From an uncultured virus (IMG/VR IMGVR_UViG_3300036770_001202) (taxonomy: Duplodnaviria > Heunggongvirae > Uroviricota > Caudoviricetes), in the IMG/VR virus record IMGVR_UViG_3300036770_001202: a stretch of DNA of 64,000 bases, one strand, 5' to 3'. Below are positions 24,837 through 34,423 of the stretch, in pieces; the first letter of the stretch is position 1; each line of letters starts with the position of its first letter. The notes under the pieces were generated by a model. The model searched no databases. It saw nothing but the letters and a program-made list of their open reading frames with translations, and was not told where the DNA came from. A program made the position numbers and the translations under genes.

Positions 24837-25442
24837 ATGAATAAAACTTGGATGGTATTGCCGCTTGTGCTTGCATTGAGTGCTTGTGGAACTACAAATT
24901 TTCGCGGCTCTAGTGTAACTGAAACTAAGACGTTCAGCAATGAAGTAGATTATCCTGGCTGGTATACTGATAAGCCTAGTGAGAAGGGCGCAATCTTTGC
25001 AGTTGGTTCTGAATTCTCTAAAGACTTTCAGTTTTCAGTTGACAAAGCAATGCTTTCTGCAAAGCGTGAACTTGCGTCACAGTTTTCTTCACACACTAGT
25101 TCCATGATGAAAGACTTTGCAGTTGAATCTGGCACTCTTGGTGTTGGTGTTGCAAGTGCAGACATTGAACGTACCACTCGACTTGTTGTTGCAAAGGTCA
25201 ACATGGTAGGTGTTCAACGAAACAATTTTAAGGTTGTGCGTGAACGCGATGGATATCGATCCTTTGTTCAATTGAAGTATTCTACTGACGAAGCAAACAA
25301 GATTCTCGTTGCAGAAATTCAGCGTAATCAAGCACTCTATGCACGATTCCGCGCATCGAAATCTTTCCGAGAACTTGATCAGCAAACTGACAAGATTGAA
25401 AATCAAAAAATCGAAGAAATTCGAGCATTACAAGGAAACTAA
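24837..25442 (+). CDS. Lipoprotein (LPP20-like)
   Basis: Lipobox LSAC, P.WY, DKA.L.AK.ELA. Confidence 0.8.
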   Translation: MNKTWMVLPLVLALSACGTTNFRGSSVTETKTFSNEVDYPGWYTDKPSEKGAIFAVGSEFSKDFQFSVDKAMLSAKRELASQFSSHTSSMMKDFAVESGTLGVGVASADIERTTRLVVAKVNMVGVQRNNFKVVRERDGYRSFVQLKYSTDEANKILVAEIQRNQALYARFRASKSFRELDQQTDKIENQKIEEIRALQGN

Positions 25443-25444
25443 TT

Positions 25445-25987
25445 ATGCCTAACTGGTGCTATAATACCACAACAATTCGTGGTAGTAAAGAAGAACTTGA
25501 TAAGTTTGAAGCATTTCTAACAGAGCGTGATGGTGAGAATTGGTTTGATTATTTCGCACCAACACCTAAAGAACTTGAGAATGAAGGCTGGTATGAATGG
25601 AATGTTCAGAATTGGGGTACAAAGTGGAACGTGACTTGTCACCAATGGGAACGACTAGATGATGACAAAATCTTCATGGTCTACGATACCGCATGGTCTC
25701 CTCCAATTCAATTGTTCGATAAAATTCAAGCAACAGGACTTGTTGTAGAATCTGAATACTGCGAAGAAGGTATGGGGTTTGTCGGTGAATACATCGATGG
25801 TATCGATGAATGCTATGAATACAGTAGCGCAGAAGATTTGGATGACATTCCAGAACATCTTGTAGAAAATTGGAATCTACATGATAGTTTCGAATCATGG
25901 GATGATGAAGACGAAGAAGATTCCGATGAACAAAGTTTAAATGAACTTCAACAAGAATTTGATGAAATGAACAAAAAAGAAGGTTGA
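25445..25987 (+). CDS. DUF1281/YubB-like protein
   Basis: MPNWC.N, WY.W...NWGTKW, TAWSPP. Confidence 0.85.
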   Translation: MPNWCYNTTTIRGSKEELDKFEAFLTERDGENWFDYFAPTPKELENEGWYEWNVQNWGTKWNVTCHQWERLDDDKIFMVYDTAWSPPIQLFDKIQATGLVVESEYCEEGMGFVGEYIDGIDECYEYSSAEDLDDIPEHLVENWNLHDSFESWDDEDEEDSDEQSLNELQQEFDEMNKKEG

Positions 25988-26910
25988 AAATGAAGATTTC
26001 TGTATGTAGTGATATCCATCTTGAGTTTGGTCCTATCGAACTCAAGAATACGGATGGCGCAGATGTGCTAGTGCTATCTGGTGATATCTGCGTGTCCAAT
26101 GACTTGTATAAGTTTGATGAGACTGCAAAAGAATTGGGTACGTCATTCGCAAAGAGTGATGCATACCATTCTTTCTTTCAAAACTGTTGCAAAGAATTTA
26201 AGCATGTGGTTTATGTTGCAGGCAATCATGAACACTATCATGGCGACTATGCGACTACAATGAGTAATCTAAAAGAACAATTGGGTTATCTTGTCAATCT
26301 GCATGTGCTTGATAAAGAAAGCGTAGTGCTTGATGGTGTACCTTTCTTTGGTGGTACTCTTTGGACTGATATGAACAAAGAAGACCCCTTGACTTTGCAT
26401 AGTATTTCTGGTATGATGAATGACTTTCGTATCGTAAAGAATAGCAACAAGCAAGTTACTTATAGGGTAGACGTTGCTCTTCTAGATGAAAACGGAGACA
26501 AGAAACTAGATGAAAATGGTAGACAACTGTATCAAGCGGAGTTTCGCAAGCGCGATGCTAAATTCTCTCCAGAAGATGCAGTAGAAGACCACAAGGCTTA
26601 TCTTACTGAATTGAACGTGTTTCTGAATACATTTGGAACTCAAAAGGTTGTTGTGGTTGGGCATCATGCACCAAGCAGGCAATCTACTCATCCTCGCTAT
26701 AAGGATGAACAATTGATGAATGGTGGATACAGTAGCAGTCTTGAAAATCTGATGCTGGATAATCCAAACATCAAACTGTGGACTCATGGACATACTCATG
26801 AGGACTTTGATTATATGATTGGTAGCACTCGCATTGTGTGCAATCCTCGTGGTTACATTAATTATGAACATCGTGCAGATGTATTTGAATTGAAAACTGT
26901 GGAGATTTAA
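25984..26910 (+). CDS. Metallophosphoesterase
   Basis: SDIHLE, GD, GNHEHY, HHAP, HGHTH. Confidence 0.9.
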   Translation: MKMKISVCSDIHLEFGPIELKNTDGADVLVLSGDICVSNDLYKFDETAKELGTSFAKSDAYHSFFQNCCKEFKHVVYVAGNHEHYHGDYATTMSNLKEQLGYLVNLHVLDKESVVLDGVPFFGGTLWTDMNKEDPLTLHSISGMMNDFRIVKNSNKQVTYRVDVALLDENGDKKLDENGRQLYQAEFRKRDAKFSPEDAVEDHKAYLTELNVFLNTFGTQKVVVVGHHAPSRQSTHPRYKDEQLMNGGYSSSLENLMLDNPNIKLWTHGHTHEDFDYMIGSTRIVCNPRGYINYEHRADVFELKTVEI

Positions 26911-27225
26911 GTGCAAAAACTTATTCGTGATGGTAAAGTTGCTGTTCTAGTTTCAGGTGGATTTGGCGCTGGCTGGTCTACTTGGAACTATGACTATCCT
27001 GAAATGCTTTTCGATCCTGTTGTTGCAAGAATGGTAGACTGCGAAGAACCAGACTGGCATGAAATTGAAAAGTATTGTGAAGAAAAATATCCCGATGCAT
27101 ATCTTGGCGGTCTAGATGGACTCTATGTTGCGTGGTTGCCTGAAGGAACTGCATTTCAGATTCACGAATATGATGGTGCAGAATCAGTTAAGATTCGTGA
27201 TGAAATGATTTGGGAGACAGCATGA
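26911..27225 (+). CDS. Hypothetical protein
   Basis: VAVL.S.GFGAGWSTW...EYDG.E. Confidence 0.8.
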   Translation: MQKLIRDGKVAVLVSGGFGAGWSTWNYDYPEMLFDPVVARMVDCEEPDWHEIEKYCEEKYPDAYLGGLDGLYVAWLPEGTAFQIHEYDGAESVKIRDEMIWETA

Positions 27226-27346
27226 TACGATTTCTATCAGGAGTAGTTGTCGGTATCGTCATTGCGACTGTTGGTCTTTCTGGTCTGGCTACATTAGCCG
27301 ATGCACAAGTTGAAAAATTTAAAACCTCACTAAAGGAAAATTCGAA

Positions 27347-27676
27347 ATGAAACATTGGAATACTTTGAATGAACTTGAAACTCAAGTCTATCGTGTGCGA
27401 GAATTTAAAACGTTGCTTGATGTTACGACTAGGGGAATCGCTGAGACTGGTTCAGACATTGATGAAGTAACAACCGTCATGTATACTTTGCTTGGCATGA
27501 TTGAGGATATTGATTCTAAACTTTATGATCAGTTTCAGGTCCTCTGGGATGAGGTTCGAACTGACTCATGGTCGGAAATTGCCGAAGAAGATGAGAATGA
27601 TTCTCAAGAACGATGGGGTAGAATCGTGTCAGACATTGAAAAAATGCAACAAAATGAGCATGTTAGTGAACACTAA
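27347..27676 (+). CDS. Hypothetical protein
   Basis: RBS AAGGA, 109 aa. Confidence 0.75.
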   Translation: MKHWNTLNELETQVYRVREFKTLLDVTTRGIAETGSDIDEVTTVMYTLLGMIEDIDSKLYDQFQVLWDEVRTDSWSEIAEEDENDSQERWGRIVSDIEKMQQNEHVSEH

Positions 27677-27779
27677 CTAATACTTTCTTATAAATCAATG
27701 ACTTAGGGGTGTTGTTTTCGGACAACATCCCTATTTTTTTGTAGAAAACCCTTGACTTTTGCCGAAAGTCCTGTAGAAT
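27661..27779 (+). promoter_or_regulatory. Early promoter cassette
   Basis: GTTAGTG..CACTAAC box, TGTTGT-N6-ACAACA 27710-27727, TTGACT 27752, TAGAAT 27774. Confidence 0.75.
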
Positions 27780-27923
27780 AGTATCTGTAGTGAGTGATTG
27801 ATAAGGAGATTTTGATGACTACGTTTCTGATTGTTGTTTTGAGTGTTTTTCTTGTGATGGTTCTCGCTGGCGGCGCTGTTGCTGGCTCTGTTAAGACCCT
27901 CGGTTAATTTAGGAGATTCTAGA

Positions 27924-28169
27924 ATGCGTACCAAAACGATCATTGACGGTTTCAAAAATTCTCAAAAATTTCGCGTTATTATTAACGGCATCATTCTCTA
28001 CACTACGGTGAAAGAAATGGCGTTTGACATGTTTGGTCAAACCGACCAGCGCGTAGCCGTGTGGGAAGCAATGATGAAGTTGGCTATGATGCGCCGTGTT
28101 GAAAAGATTCAGCCGATTGGTCTTGCATGTGACGTTCGCGGCTATCAGGTTCAAGTTGATTTGGTTTGA
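27924..28169 (+). CDS. Hypothetical protein
   Basis: RBS TAGGAG, ATG 27924. Confidence 0.75.
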   Translation: MRTKTIIDGFKNSQKFRVIINGIILYTTVKEMAFDMFGQTDQRVAVWEAMMKLAMMRRVEKIQPIGLACDVRGYQVQVDLV

Positions 28170-28181
28170 TTGGAGAAAATA

Positions 28182-28397
28182 ATGACTGATTTTGCAATGT
28201 TCACCGCTGAAGGTAATGCCGCTGTTGCTAAGATTGTTGAAGCCGCTAAGGCAAACGGTTGGGACTGGGCTAGGACTTACTCGGAACTTTGCGTCCTTGC
28301 GTATTCGGATGCACAATTGTATGGCGAGGCTACGGACACCGCGGTCCGTGAAGTTGTTTATGATGCTTGCGGATTTGAAACCAATTTCTACTGCTAA
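28182..28397 (+). CDS. Hypothetical protein
   Basis: F.MFT.EGN.AV...EATDTAVRE motif. Confidence 0.75.
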   Translation: MTDFAMFTAEGNAAVAKIVEAAKANGWDWARTYSELCVLAYSDAQLYGEATDTAVREVVYDACGFETNFYC

Positions 28398-28487
28398 GTT
28401 AGTGCTTACTTACTAGTGTTGTTTTCATGCAACAATCGAAAAAAAGTTGAAAAAAGTTGTTGACAAGCGGTAGGAATGGTGTATAAT
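28395..28487 (+). promoter_or_regulatory. Early promoter cassette
   Basis: AGTGCTTACT box, TGTTGT-N6-GCAACA 28417-28434, TTGACA 28460, TATAAT 28482. Confidence 0.8.
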
Positions 28488-28517
28488 AGAATCTGTTGAG
28501 TGAGAAAAGGACTGAAT

Positions 28518-29270
28518 ATGAAACTGCTTTCGACCGGTAATCCCAAGATTCTCAAAGGAATGTCCCAAGGTTACAACACCTACATTCTACACCTTGCGCC
28601 TGCTAACGTAAGCGGTTACGAAACCTGTCCCAAGCGGACTGCCGGTTGCACCGCAGCCTGTCTGAACACCGCTGGTCGCGGCGGGATGTTTAAGCGTGGC
28701 GAATCCACTAACGTGATTCAAGAAGCCAGGAAGCGTAAGACTCGCATGTTTTTCGAAAACCGTGTTGAGTTTATGGCTCTGCTGGTTAAAGATATCGAAT
28801 TGGCTATCAAGCAAAGCGCCAAGAAAAATTTGATTCCTGTGTTCCGCCTGAACGGCACCAGTGACCTTTCGTTTGAAAAGTATGAGGTTGTGCGTAACGG
28901 ACAATTGTTCCGTAATGTGTTCGCCGCTTTTCCTGAGGTTCAATTCTATGACTACACCAAGGTGCTTGGTCGTAAAGTGAAAGATATTCCGAATTATCAC
29001 CTGACATTCTCGGCTGCTGACGGAAACGATTCTGACGTTTTCAAGGCTATGACTCTGTTTGGTATGAATGTTGCGGTTGTGTTCGGTATCAAGAAAACCG
29101 AACCGATGCCTGAAGATTACAAAGGTGTTCCTGTTTTCAACGGTGACGATTCCGACCTGCGATTCCTTGATCCGAAGGGTGTTGTAGTTGGTCTTTACGC
29201 AAAGGGTAAGGCTAAGAAAGACACCAGCGGTTTTGTGAAGTTTCCCACTATCATGTTGAAGGCTGCATAA
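28518..29270 (+). CDS. Gp88-like family protein (Cys-motif)
   Basis: CP..TAGC..ACL..AGRG, RLNGTSD, FYDYTK, GD.SDLRFLD. Confidence 0.8.
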   Translation: MKLLSTGNPKILKGMSQGYNTYILHLAPANVSGYETCPKRTAGCTAACLNTAGRGGMFKRGESTNVIQEARKRKTRMFFENRVEFMALLVKDIELAIKQSAKKNLIPVFRLNGTSDLSFEKYEVVRNGQLFRNVFAAFPEVQFYDYTKVLGRKVKDIPNYHLTFSAADGNDSDVFKAMTLFGMNVAVVFGIKKTEPMPEDYKGVPVFNGDDSDLRFLDPKGVVVGLYAKGKAKKDTSGFVKFPTIMLKAA

Positions 29271-29536
29271 TGACTGGTTTTCAAAGTAAGCGGCTCATGG
29301 CTGCATCTAGGAGTGATGAAATGAATTTTTCTGAACGTGAAGTGTTTACTCGCCATGGTGGCGCTTACGACCGTGGTAGTGCTGATGCATACTATGGTCG
29401 GGCTGCGGAACCTCATTATTTTACTGGCGACACCTATCAATCGACTAAGATTGAAGAAGTGGACATGAGTGAAGAAGAAATTGCTGCTTACATGGCTGGC
29501 TACAATGAAACACCTTTTGCACAAAAGGAGTGGTAA
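29270..29536 (+). CDS. Hypothetical protein
   Basis: HGG.YDRG.AD.YYGR...PHY...EI.AY..GY. Confidence 0.75.
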   Translation: MTGFQSKRLMAASRSDEMNFSEREVFTRHGGAYDRGSADAYYGRAAEPHYFTGDTYQSTKIEEVDMSEEEIAAYMAGYNETPFAQKEW

Positions 29537-29757
29537 TGATTCGCAAAAAGCCTAAAAAGTTTAAACCTCAAATTGACTTGAGTGGTCCACAAGGCAATGC
29601 ATTCTATTTGATTGGCGTGGTTCTGAAAACTTTCCGACAATCTGGTGCGCCAGAATTGGGTGAACGGATTGTTGAGGAAATGAAGAAAGGCGACTACGAA
29701 CACCTTGTCAAAACCTTTGACTTGTATCTCGGCGAACATTTTGATATCGTGCGATGA
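29536..29757 (+). CDS. Hypothetical protein
   Basis: IDLSGPQGNAF...GDYEHL. Confidence 0.75.
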   Translation: MIRKKPKKFKPQIDLSGPQGNAFYLIGVVLKTFRQSGAPELGERIVEEMKKGDYEHLVKTFDLYLGEHFDIVR

Positions 29758-29880
29758 TTGAATTTTTACGCGATACCTGGGACGATATCACACTAGCCGC
29801 TTCCACTATGGAAACGGCGGATGTGATAACCGTTCTCATTATGGGAATTCTGGAAATTTCATTTATCGCGACTATAGTTA

Positions 29881-29965
29881 TGTTAGTGAGTGCTTACTAA
29901 CATATGTTGTTTTTTCGCGACAAGCCGAAAATAACCCTTGACATTCTGTCCAACTATGGTATACT
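29881..29965 (+). promoter_or_regulatory. Early promoter cassette
   Basis: TGTTAGTGAGTGCTTACTAACA, TGTTGT-N6-GCGACA, TTGACA 29938, TATACT 29960. Confidence 0.8.
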
Positions 29966-29992
29966 GTAGTCTGTTGATTGAGAGGAGAAGTT

Positions 29993-30226
29993 ATGAGTAA
30001 ATTTGCGCGTGAAATGGAAGCCCGGTCTCTCCGTGCTGGTATGATCCGCAATGCAATGCGTGAATATGAGGATGCTGCGCGGGCAGCATACGGATCGCCC
30101 TACGCGGCTATGTCCGGTGTTTTGGAAGCAATGTTGACTTCCCTAGCGGCTGATCGATTCGATTCTACTGAGGAAGTTGTCCGTCATTTGAAACGACTTG
30201 CTAAATGTAAAATGGAGACTGTATAA
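29993..30226 (+). CDS. Hypothetical protein
   Basis: RBS GAGGAG. Confidence 0.7.
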   Translation: MSKFAREMEARSLRAGMIRNAMREYEDAARAAYGSPYAAMSGVLEAMLTSLAADRFDSTEEVVRHLKRLAKCKMETV

Positions 30227-30541
30227 TGTATGACTATAACGAAGAAGAAATTTTGATGATGGTTGCTTCCGACTTTTATCAGAGTATTGATAAAATGCCG
30301 AAAGAATATCTTGAACAAATTTACTTTGCTGTTGGTGCTGAATTGCAAGACCGCGAAGTGACTGCTAAAGGAGAAGGTCAATGAAAGGTTCGATTCGATT
30401 TTTACTAGGCATTCTGATTACTGCTGGCGCTGTTGGCGGTATTGAGACTGAATCGGCTACTCTATTGCAAGGCACATTGTTGGCAATGGCTGGTCTTGCT
30501 ATCATGTATTCTGGTGCAAATGCACTTTCTAAGGAGGCGTA

Positions 30542-30916
30542 ATGGGAACTAGGTCTTTGACTTTTGTGTATGATGGTGATGCACCTCTGATTAATATGTA
30601 TCGCCAGTTTGATGGTTATCCGTCAGGACATGGTGCTGAACTTGCAGAGTTTCTAAGCGGCTTTGAAATTGTGAATGGTTACGGTGAAGTGAAGCCTAAA
30701 CTTGCAAACGGCATGGGTTGCCTTGCGGCTCAAATGATCGCCAATTTTAAACAGTCTGTTGGTGGATTTTATATCTACCCGGTTACGTCAAACGACTGCT
30801 GGCAGGATTATGAGTACCATGTTTTCGAAAATCGTGTGGTTGTGAAGAATCCAACCGAAGTGATTTTTGAAGGTGACTATGAAGCCTTTGTTGAATTTTG
30901 TAATGGAGATGAATAA
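30542..30916 (+). CDS. Hypothetical protein
   Basis: MGTRS...Y.Q.DGYP.G.G...NGMGCLAAQ. Confidence 0.8.
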   Translation: MGTRSLTFVYDGDAPLINMYRQFDGYPSGHGAELAEFLSGFEIVNGYGEVKPKLANGMGCLAAQMIANFKQSVGGFYIYPVTSNDCWQDYEYHVFENRVVVKNPTEVIFEGDYEAFVEFCNGDE

Positions 30917-31116
30917 TGTACCTCGCTAAACCTTTTGACCGAAACTTGACTGGATCGAAACAATTCGAGACTTTGCAAGAATGCAAGAAATTTCTGGATG
31001 AATTTACCGAACAAAAAATGCCGTTGGATGAGTGGATGATTCTCGGCAAGATTGTTGAGGTGTTGCCTGATGGCAACATTCGGGAAATTGAAGTTGACAT
31101 AGAATCGTTCCTCTGA
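30916..31116 (+). CDS. Hypothetical protein
   Basis: TAATG coupling, 66 aa. Confidence 0.65.
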   Translation: MYLAKPFDRNLTGSKQFETLQECKKFLDEFTEQKMPLDEWMILGKIVEVLPDGNIREIEVDIESFL

Positions 31117-31128
31117 TATACTTTCACC

Positions 31129-31347
31129 ATGAAATCGACATTGGAGAAAATGATGAGTGCTTTCGATCCCTTTGATGAAATTTCCATTGAAGAGGACCCT
31201 GGCTATCTAGCCTATCAAGCCGAACTTGAGTACCGTCAATGGTATGAGGAAGGCGGCTGGATCGAGGAAGTGAACGCCGAACTCCGGGAAATTGCGGATG
31301 CTGAACGTGAAGCATATGTTAGTGAGTGCTTACTAACATATGAGTGA
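31129..31347 (+). CDS. Acidic hypothetical protein
   Basis: 72 aa; possible leaderless start after TTGACA..TATACT. Confidence 0.6.
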   Translation: MKSTLEKMMSAFDPFDEISIEEDPGYLAYQAELEYRQWYEEGGWIEEVNAELREIADAEREAYVSECLLTYE

Positions 31348-31408
31348 TTTAGCCGGAATCCGACACTTGGGGACTGTCCGAAACCCAAAAACGACCGGTT
31401 TTCCGGGC

Positions 31409-31477
31409 TTTTGGGCGGCTTTGGGGGTGGGGTGCTACTCAGATATCAACCCCCTACGGAAAACCGCCCAAAACCGC
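31409..31477. repeat. GC-rich imperfect palindromic element, copy 2
   Basis: TTTTGGGCGG...GATATCA...AAAACCGCCCAAAACCGC. Confidence 0.7.
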
Positions 31478-31521
31478 TATTTTAGGGTCTTAAAAACCAT
31501 TGAAAATCAATAACTTACAAG

Positions 31522-31603
31522 TGTTGCTTTTGTGCAACACAGCAAAAAAAGTTGAAAAAAAGTTGAAAAAACCCTTGACAAGCGGTCTCGGTAGTGTCAT
31601 AAT
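31522..31603 (+). promoter_or_regulatory. Early promoter cassette
   Basis: TGTTGC-N6-GCAACA 31522-31539, TTGACA 31575, CATAAT 31598. Confidence 0.75.
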
Positions 31604-31643
31604 ATAGGTGTTGAGTGAGAGAAAACAGTAAAGGAAACCTACT

Positions 31644-32024
31644 ATGGCTTACATGAATCAAGAAAAGAAAGCAAAGATTGCTGCCCTGCTGAAACCTGTT
31701 CTCGCTAAGTATGGCGTGAAAGGTTCTCTGTCTGTCAACAATCATTCCACGATTTGTCTGACCGTGAAGTCCGGTAAGATTGACTTTTTCGCAGACTACG
31801 GTGATCGTGAAGATGCACGAAAGTTTGGTATTCAAGTGAACCCCTATTGGTATCATGAGCATTTTACTGGTGATTCCAAGAGGTTCTTGGGAGAGGCACT
31901 AGCCGCGTTGTATGGTGCTGATTATTATGACAATAGTGATGCCCAGGTCGATTATTTCGACACCGCTTACTATGTGTCCGTGAACATTGGAAAGTGGAAC
32001 AAGCCTTATGTGCTTACCGCTTGA
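31644..32024 (+). CDS. Hypothetical protein
   Basis: MAYMNQE.K...QVN.YW...D.SD.Q.DYF..AYY...IGKWNKPY. Confidence 0.8.
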   Translation: MAYMNQEKKAKIAALLKPVLAKYGVKGSLSVNNHSTICLTVKSGKIDFFADYGDREDARKFGIQVNPYWYHEHFTGDSKRFLGEALAALYGADYYDNSDAQVDYFDTAYYVSVNIGKWNKPYVLTA

Positions 32025-32078
32025 CATTGTGTTGGTGTTGTGTTACTATTAAATCTGTGATAAACCTCTAAGGAGAAA

Positions 32079-32552
32079 TTGACTATGGCAAAAAATCTTC
32101 AGTATGTTAAAGTGTTCGAAGCCCTCCAGGCTGCGAAGGGTCCCGTTTCTGTCTCGGCTATCAAGAGCCTTGATGGTATTGTTGCGACTCGACTTTCCAC
32201 TTATCTGTGGGAGATTAAGAAAAACACCGGCTTTGAAGTGAAGGCTGTCCGCGATGGACGTACCGTTGTGAGTTATGAACTCGCTGGCGCTGGTACTGCT
32301 CCAGTTGCAAAGGCAACCGCACCGAAGGTCGCTAAGGCTAAGGTTGTGAAGACTGCTGCTGCTCCAAAGGCTGCTGCTCCCAAGGTAGCGAAGGCTAAGG
32401 CTGTAAAGGCTGCACCTGTTGCTGATTTTGATGCCGATGAAATGGCATTCAGCAAGAAAGGTCCAGTAGATGTGCTTGATGCTATCGATACTGACATTAC
32501 CGATTTTGAAGACCGCGAGTATGCGAGTGCTTTCATTCGGGGAGTTGCATAA
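32079..32552 (+). CDS. Putative DNA-binding protein with Ala/Lys/Pro-rich tail
   Basis: Winged-helix-like N-terminus (RLSTYLWEIK), AKAK/APK repeats. Confidence 0.7.
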   Translation: MTMAKNLQYVKVFEALQAAKGPVSVSAIKSLDGIVATRLSTYLWEIKKNTGFEVKAVRDGRTVVSYELAGAGTAPVAKATAPKVAKAKVVKTAAAPKAAAPKVAKAKAVKAAPVADFDADEMAFSKKGPVDVLDAIDTDITDFEDREYASAFIRGVA

Positions 32553-32565
32553 ACGGAGAAGTGAC

Positions 32566-32742
32566 ATGGAAGTGCTAGATGAAGGTCTAGTTAAAGAAAT
32601 TGAGCGGTACGTCTTTGAGGCATGGGACATGGGTTTGGCTGGTAATGATGTAATTAGTTATGTTTGCGCTATGGCGCGCCAGCCTTCTTTTCATGTTCAA
32701 CCGATTATTAAAAACTTGATCAATAGGATGACCGATGACTGA
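32566..32742 (+). CDS. Hypothetical protein
   Basis: RBS GGAG, ATG 32566. Confidence 0.6.
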   Translation: MEVLDEGLVKEIERYVFEAWDMGLAGNDVISYVCAMARQPSFHVQPIIKNLINRMTDD

Positions 32743-32829
32743 TAAGATGAATATGACTTTGATTAATCTTGCTCCGTTTGGTGAGAGCATTTGTTATCTG
32801 GTGATGATTGGATTGGTGCTGGTAGTATA

Positions 32830-33324
32830 ATGAAGACTTTATATCTAGACATGGATGGTGTTCTGTGCGATTTTGATGCACGATGGCTCGGCTTGTTCGG
32901 GAGAACACCTCGTCAATCGCGAGATAAGAAAGAATTTTCAGGTGACTGGGATGACTTTATTATCACGCGACAATTTGAAAAACTTGATTGGCATGTGACG
33001 GGTCAGGAATTGCTTTCGTTTGTTCGAAGCATTCCTGATATCAATGTTGAAATGCTAACCTCATCTGGCGGTAAAAAGCATCATGATGCTGTTGCGGAAC
33101 AGAAACGCATCTGGCTACAGAATCAAGGTATTACATACCTTGCTAATGTTGTTCCTGGTCGCGGTATCAAAAAGAGTTACGCAAACAAGAATACAATTTT
33201 GATTGATGATACTCCAGATGTTATTGATGCATTCAATGATGCTGGTGGTATTGGTATTTTGCATCATGACATTGAAGAAACAAAATTCAAGTTGAACTTA
33301 GCACTTGGACTAATATTCGAATGA
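32830..33324 (+). CDS. HAD-family 5'(3')-nucleotidase-like protein
   Basis: YLDMDGVL.DF, K..W, LIDD. Confidence 0.85.
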   Translation: MKTLYLDMDGVLCDFDARWLGLFGRTPRQSRDKKEFSGDWDDFIITRQFEKLDWHVTGQELLSFVRSIPDINVEMLTSSGGKKHHDAVAEQKRIWLQNQGITYLANVVPGRGIKKSYANKNTILIDDTPDVIDAFNDAGGIGILHHDIEETKFKLNLALGLIFE

Positions 33325-33439
33325 CATACCGCAAATATTATTTTAAAGAAGCCATTCGCCAAATGCGAGTGGCTTTGACTTTATTGTGGCATGGTGCTAT
33401 AATGAATAAGGGTCATCATTCAAAATGGAGAACTAAGAA

Positions 33440-33694
33440 GTGAACAAAAAGCCTGAAGTGGTATTTGATGCATCGAATCGTAAACATAGAAAAGCATACA
33501 ATGATTACCTGAGAAAAGGTAATTGGTCTTTTCTTCCGTTTGTATTCAAAGCACCTCACTATGGTATCACGTTAGGCTACATTGAACGGACTTTGCTCCA
33601 ACACTATAGCAGTAAAGAATTTAAAATCAAGGAAGAATTATGCCAAGAAAACTCGAAATTGATGGTGAGACTGCCGATAAAATCACCCTCTTGA
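33440..33694 (+). CDS. Hypothetical protein
   Basis: FDASN..HR..Y...W. Confidence 0.65.
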   Translation: MNKKPEVVFDASNRKHRKAYNDYLRKGNWSFLPFVFKAPHYGITLGYIERTLLQHYSSKEFKIKEELCQENSKLMVRLPIKSPS

Positions 33695-33834
33695 ATCTAA
33701 AAGAGTATCGTTCTTATTTGAATAAAGAACTTAAAGAGTATAAGAAAGGCGGTTGGTTGCATCCAAATGATGTTGATTCGAATATCAAAGCAATTGAAGC
33801 GTTGAATCTTATCATCAAACACTTTGGAGGATAA
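33640..33834 (+). CDS. Hypothetical protein
   Basis: ETAD.IT...L...WLHP.D. Confidence 0.7.
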   Translation: MPRKLEIDGETADKITLLNLKEYRSYLNKELKEYKKGGWLHPNDVDSNIKAIEALNLIIKHFGG

Positions 33835-34023
33835 ATGCAAGAAGACTTTGATGTTGTAATCGATGTTCTACAAAAGCACCGAGATAAACTTTGGGAAATG
33901 ACAAAGCGAAATATGCAAAGTGAATTCATCGGCATGAATATTATGGATGACATTCGATTGTCTCAGATGGATGAACTTGAAGAGGCTATCGAAGTATGGA
34001 AACGATATAAGGAATCGAAATGA
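33835..34023 (+). CDS. Hypothetical protein
   Basis: RBS GGAGG. Confidence 0.7.
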   Translation: MQEDFDVVIDVLQKHRDKLWEMTKRNMQSEFIGMNIMDDIRLSQMDELEEAIEVWKRYKESK

Positions 34024-34229
34024 ACGAACGAATCAAAGAACTTGCTCACGAGTGTTTTGTGATAACTGATGATGGCAGGTTTGACTATGCCAACGAATAT
34101 ATGGTTCAAAGGTTCGCCGAGTTGATTGTTCGGGAATGTGCAGAGATTGTAGAAGAAACACGATGGATGGTTCCGCCTAGCCAAGAGCAGATTGCGAGAA
34201 GCATTAAACAACATTTCGGAGTTGAATGA
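34020..34229 (+). CDS. Hypothetical protein, MNERI..FAELIV..HFGV family, copy 1
   Basis: Paralog of the next ORF. Confidence 0.75.
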   Translation: MNERIKELAHECFVITDDGRFDYANEYMVQRFAELIVRECAEIVEETRWMVPPSQEQIARSIKQHFGVE

Positions 34230-34423
34230 TGAACAAACGAATTGAAAAACTTTTTAACGAGGCTGGTTTCCATAAGCCCGAAGCAGAACGACTTGGTATT
34301 GAAGATAAGTTTGAAAAGTTCGCCGAGTTGATTGTTCAGGAATGTTGTGATGTTCTATATGACAATGAAATGGGCGGATATCAAGTGAATTATGTGTTGA
34401 AAGAACATTTCGGAGTTAAATGA
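34226..34423 (+). CDS. Hypothetical protein, same family, copy 2
   Basis: MNKRI...FAELIVQEC...HFGVK. Confidence 0.75.
   Translation: MMNKRIEKLFNEAGFHKPEAERLGIEDKFEKFAELIVQECCDVLYDNEMGGYQVNYVLKEHFGVK

Noticed and set aside
34020..34423. Diversity-generating retroelement TR/VR pair
   Set aside because: Differences are not adenine-specific and there is no reverse transcriptase in the window
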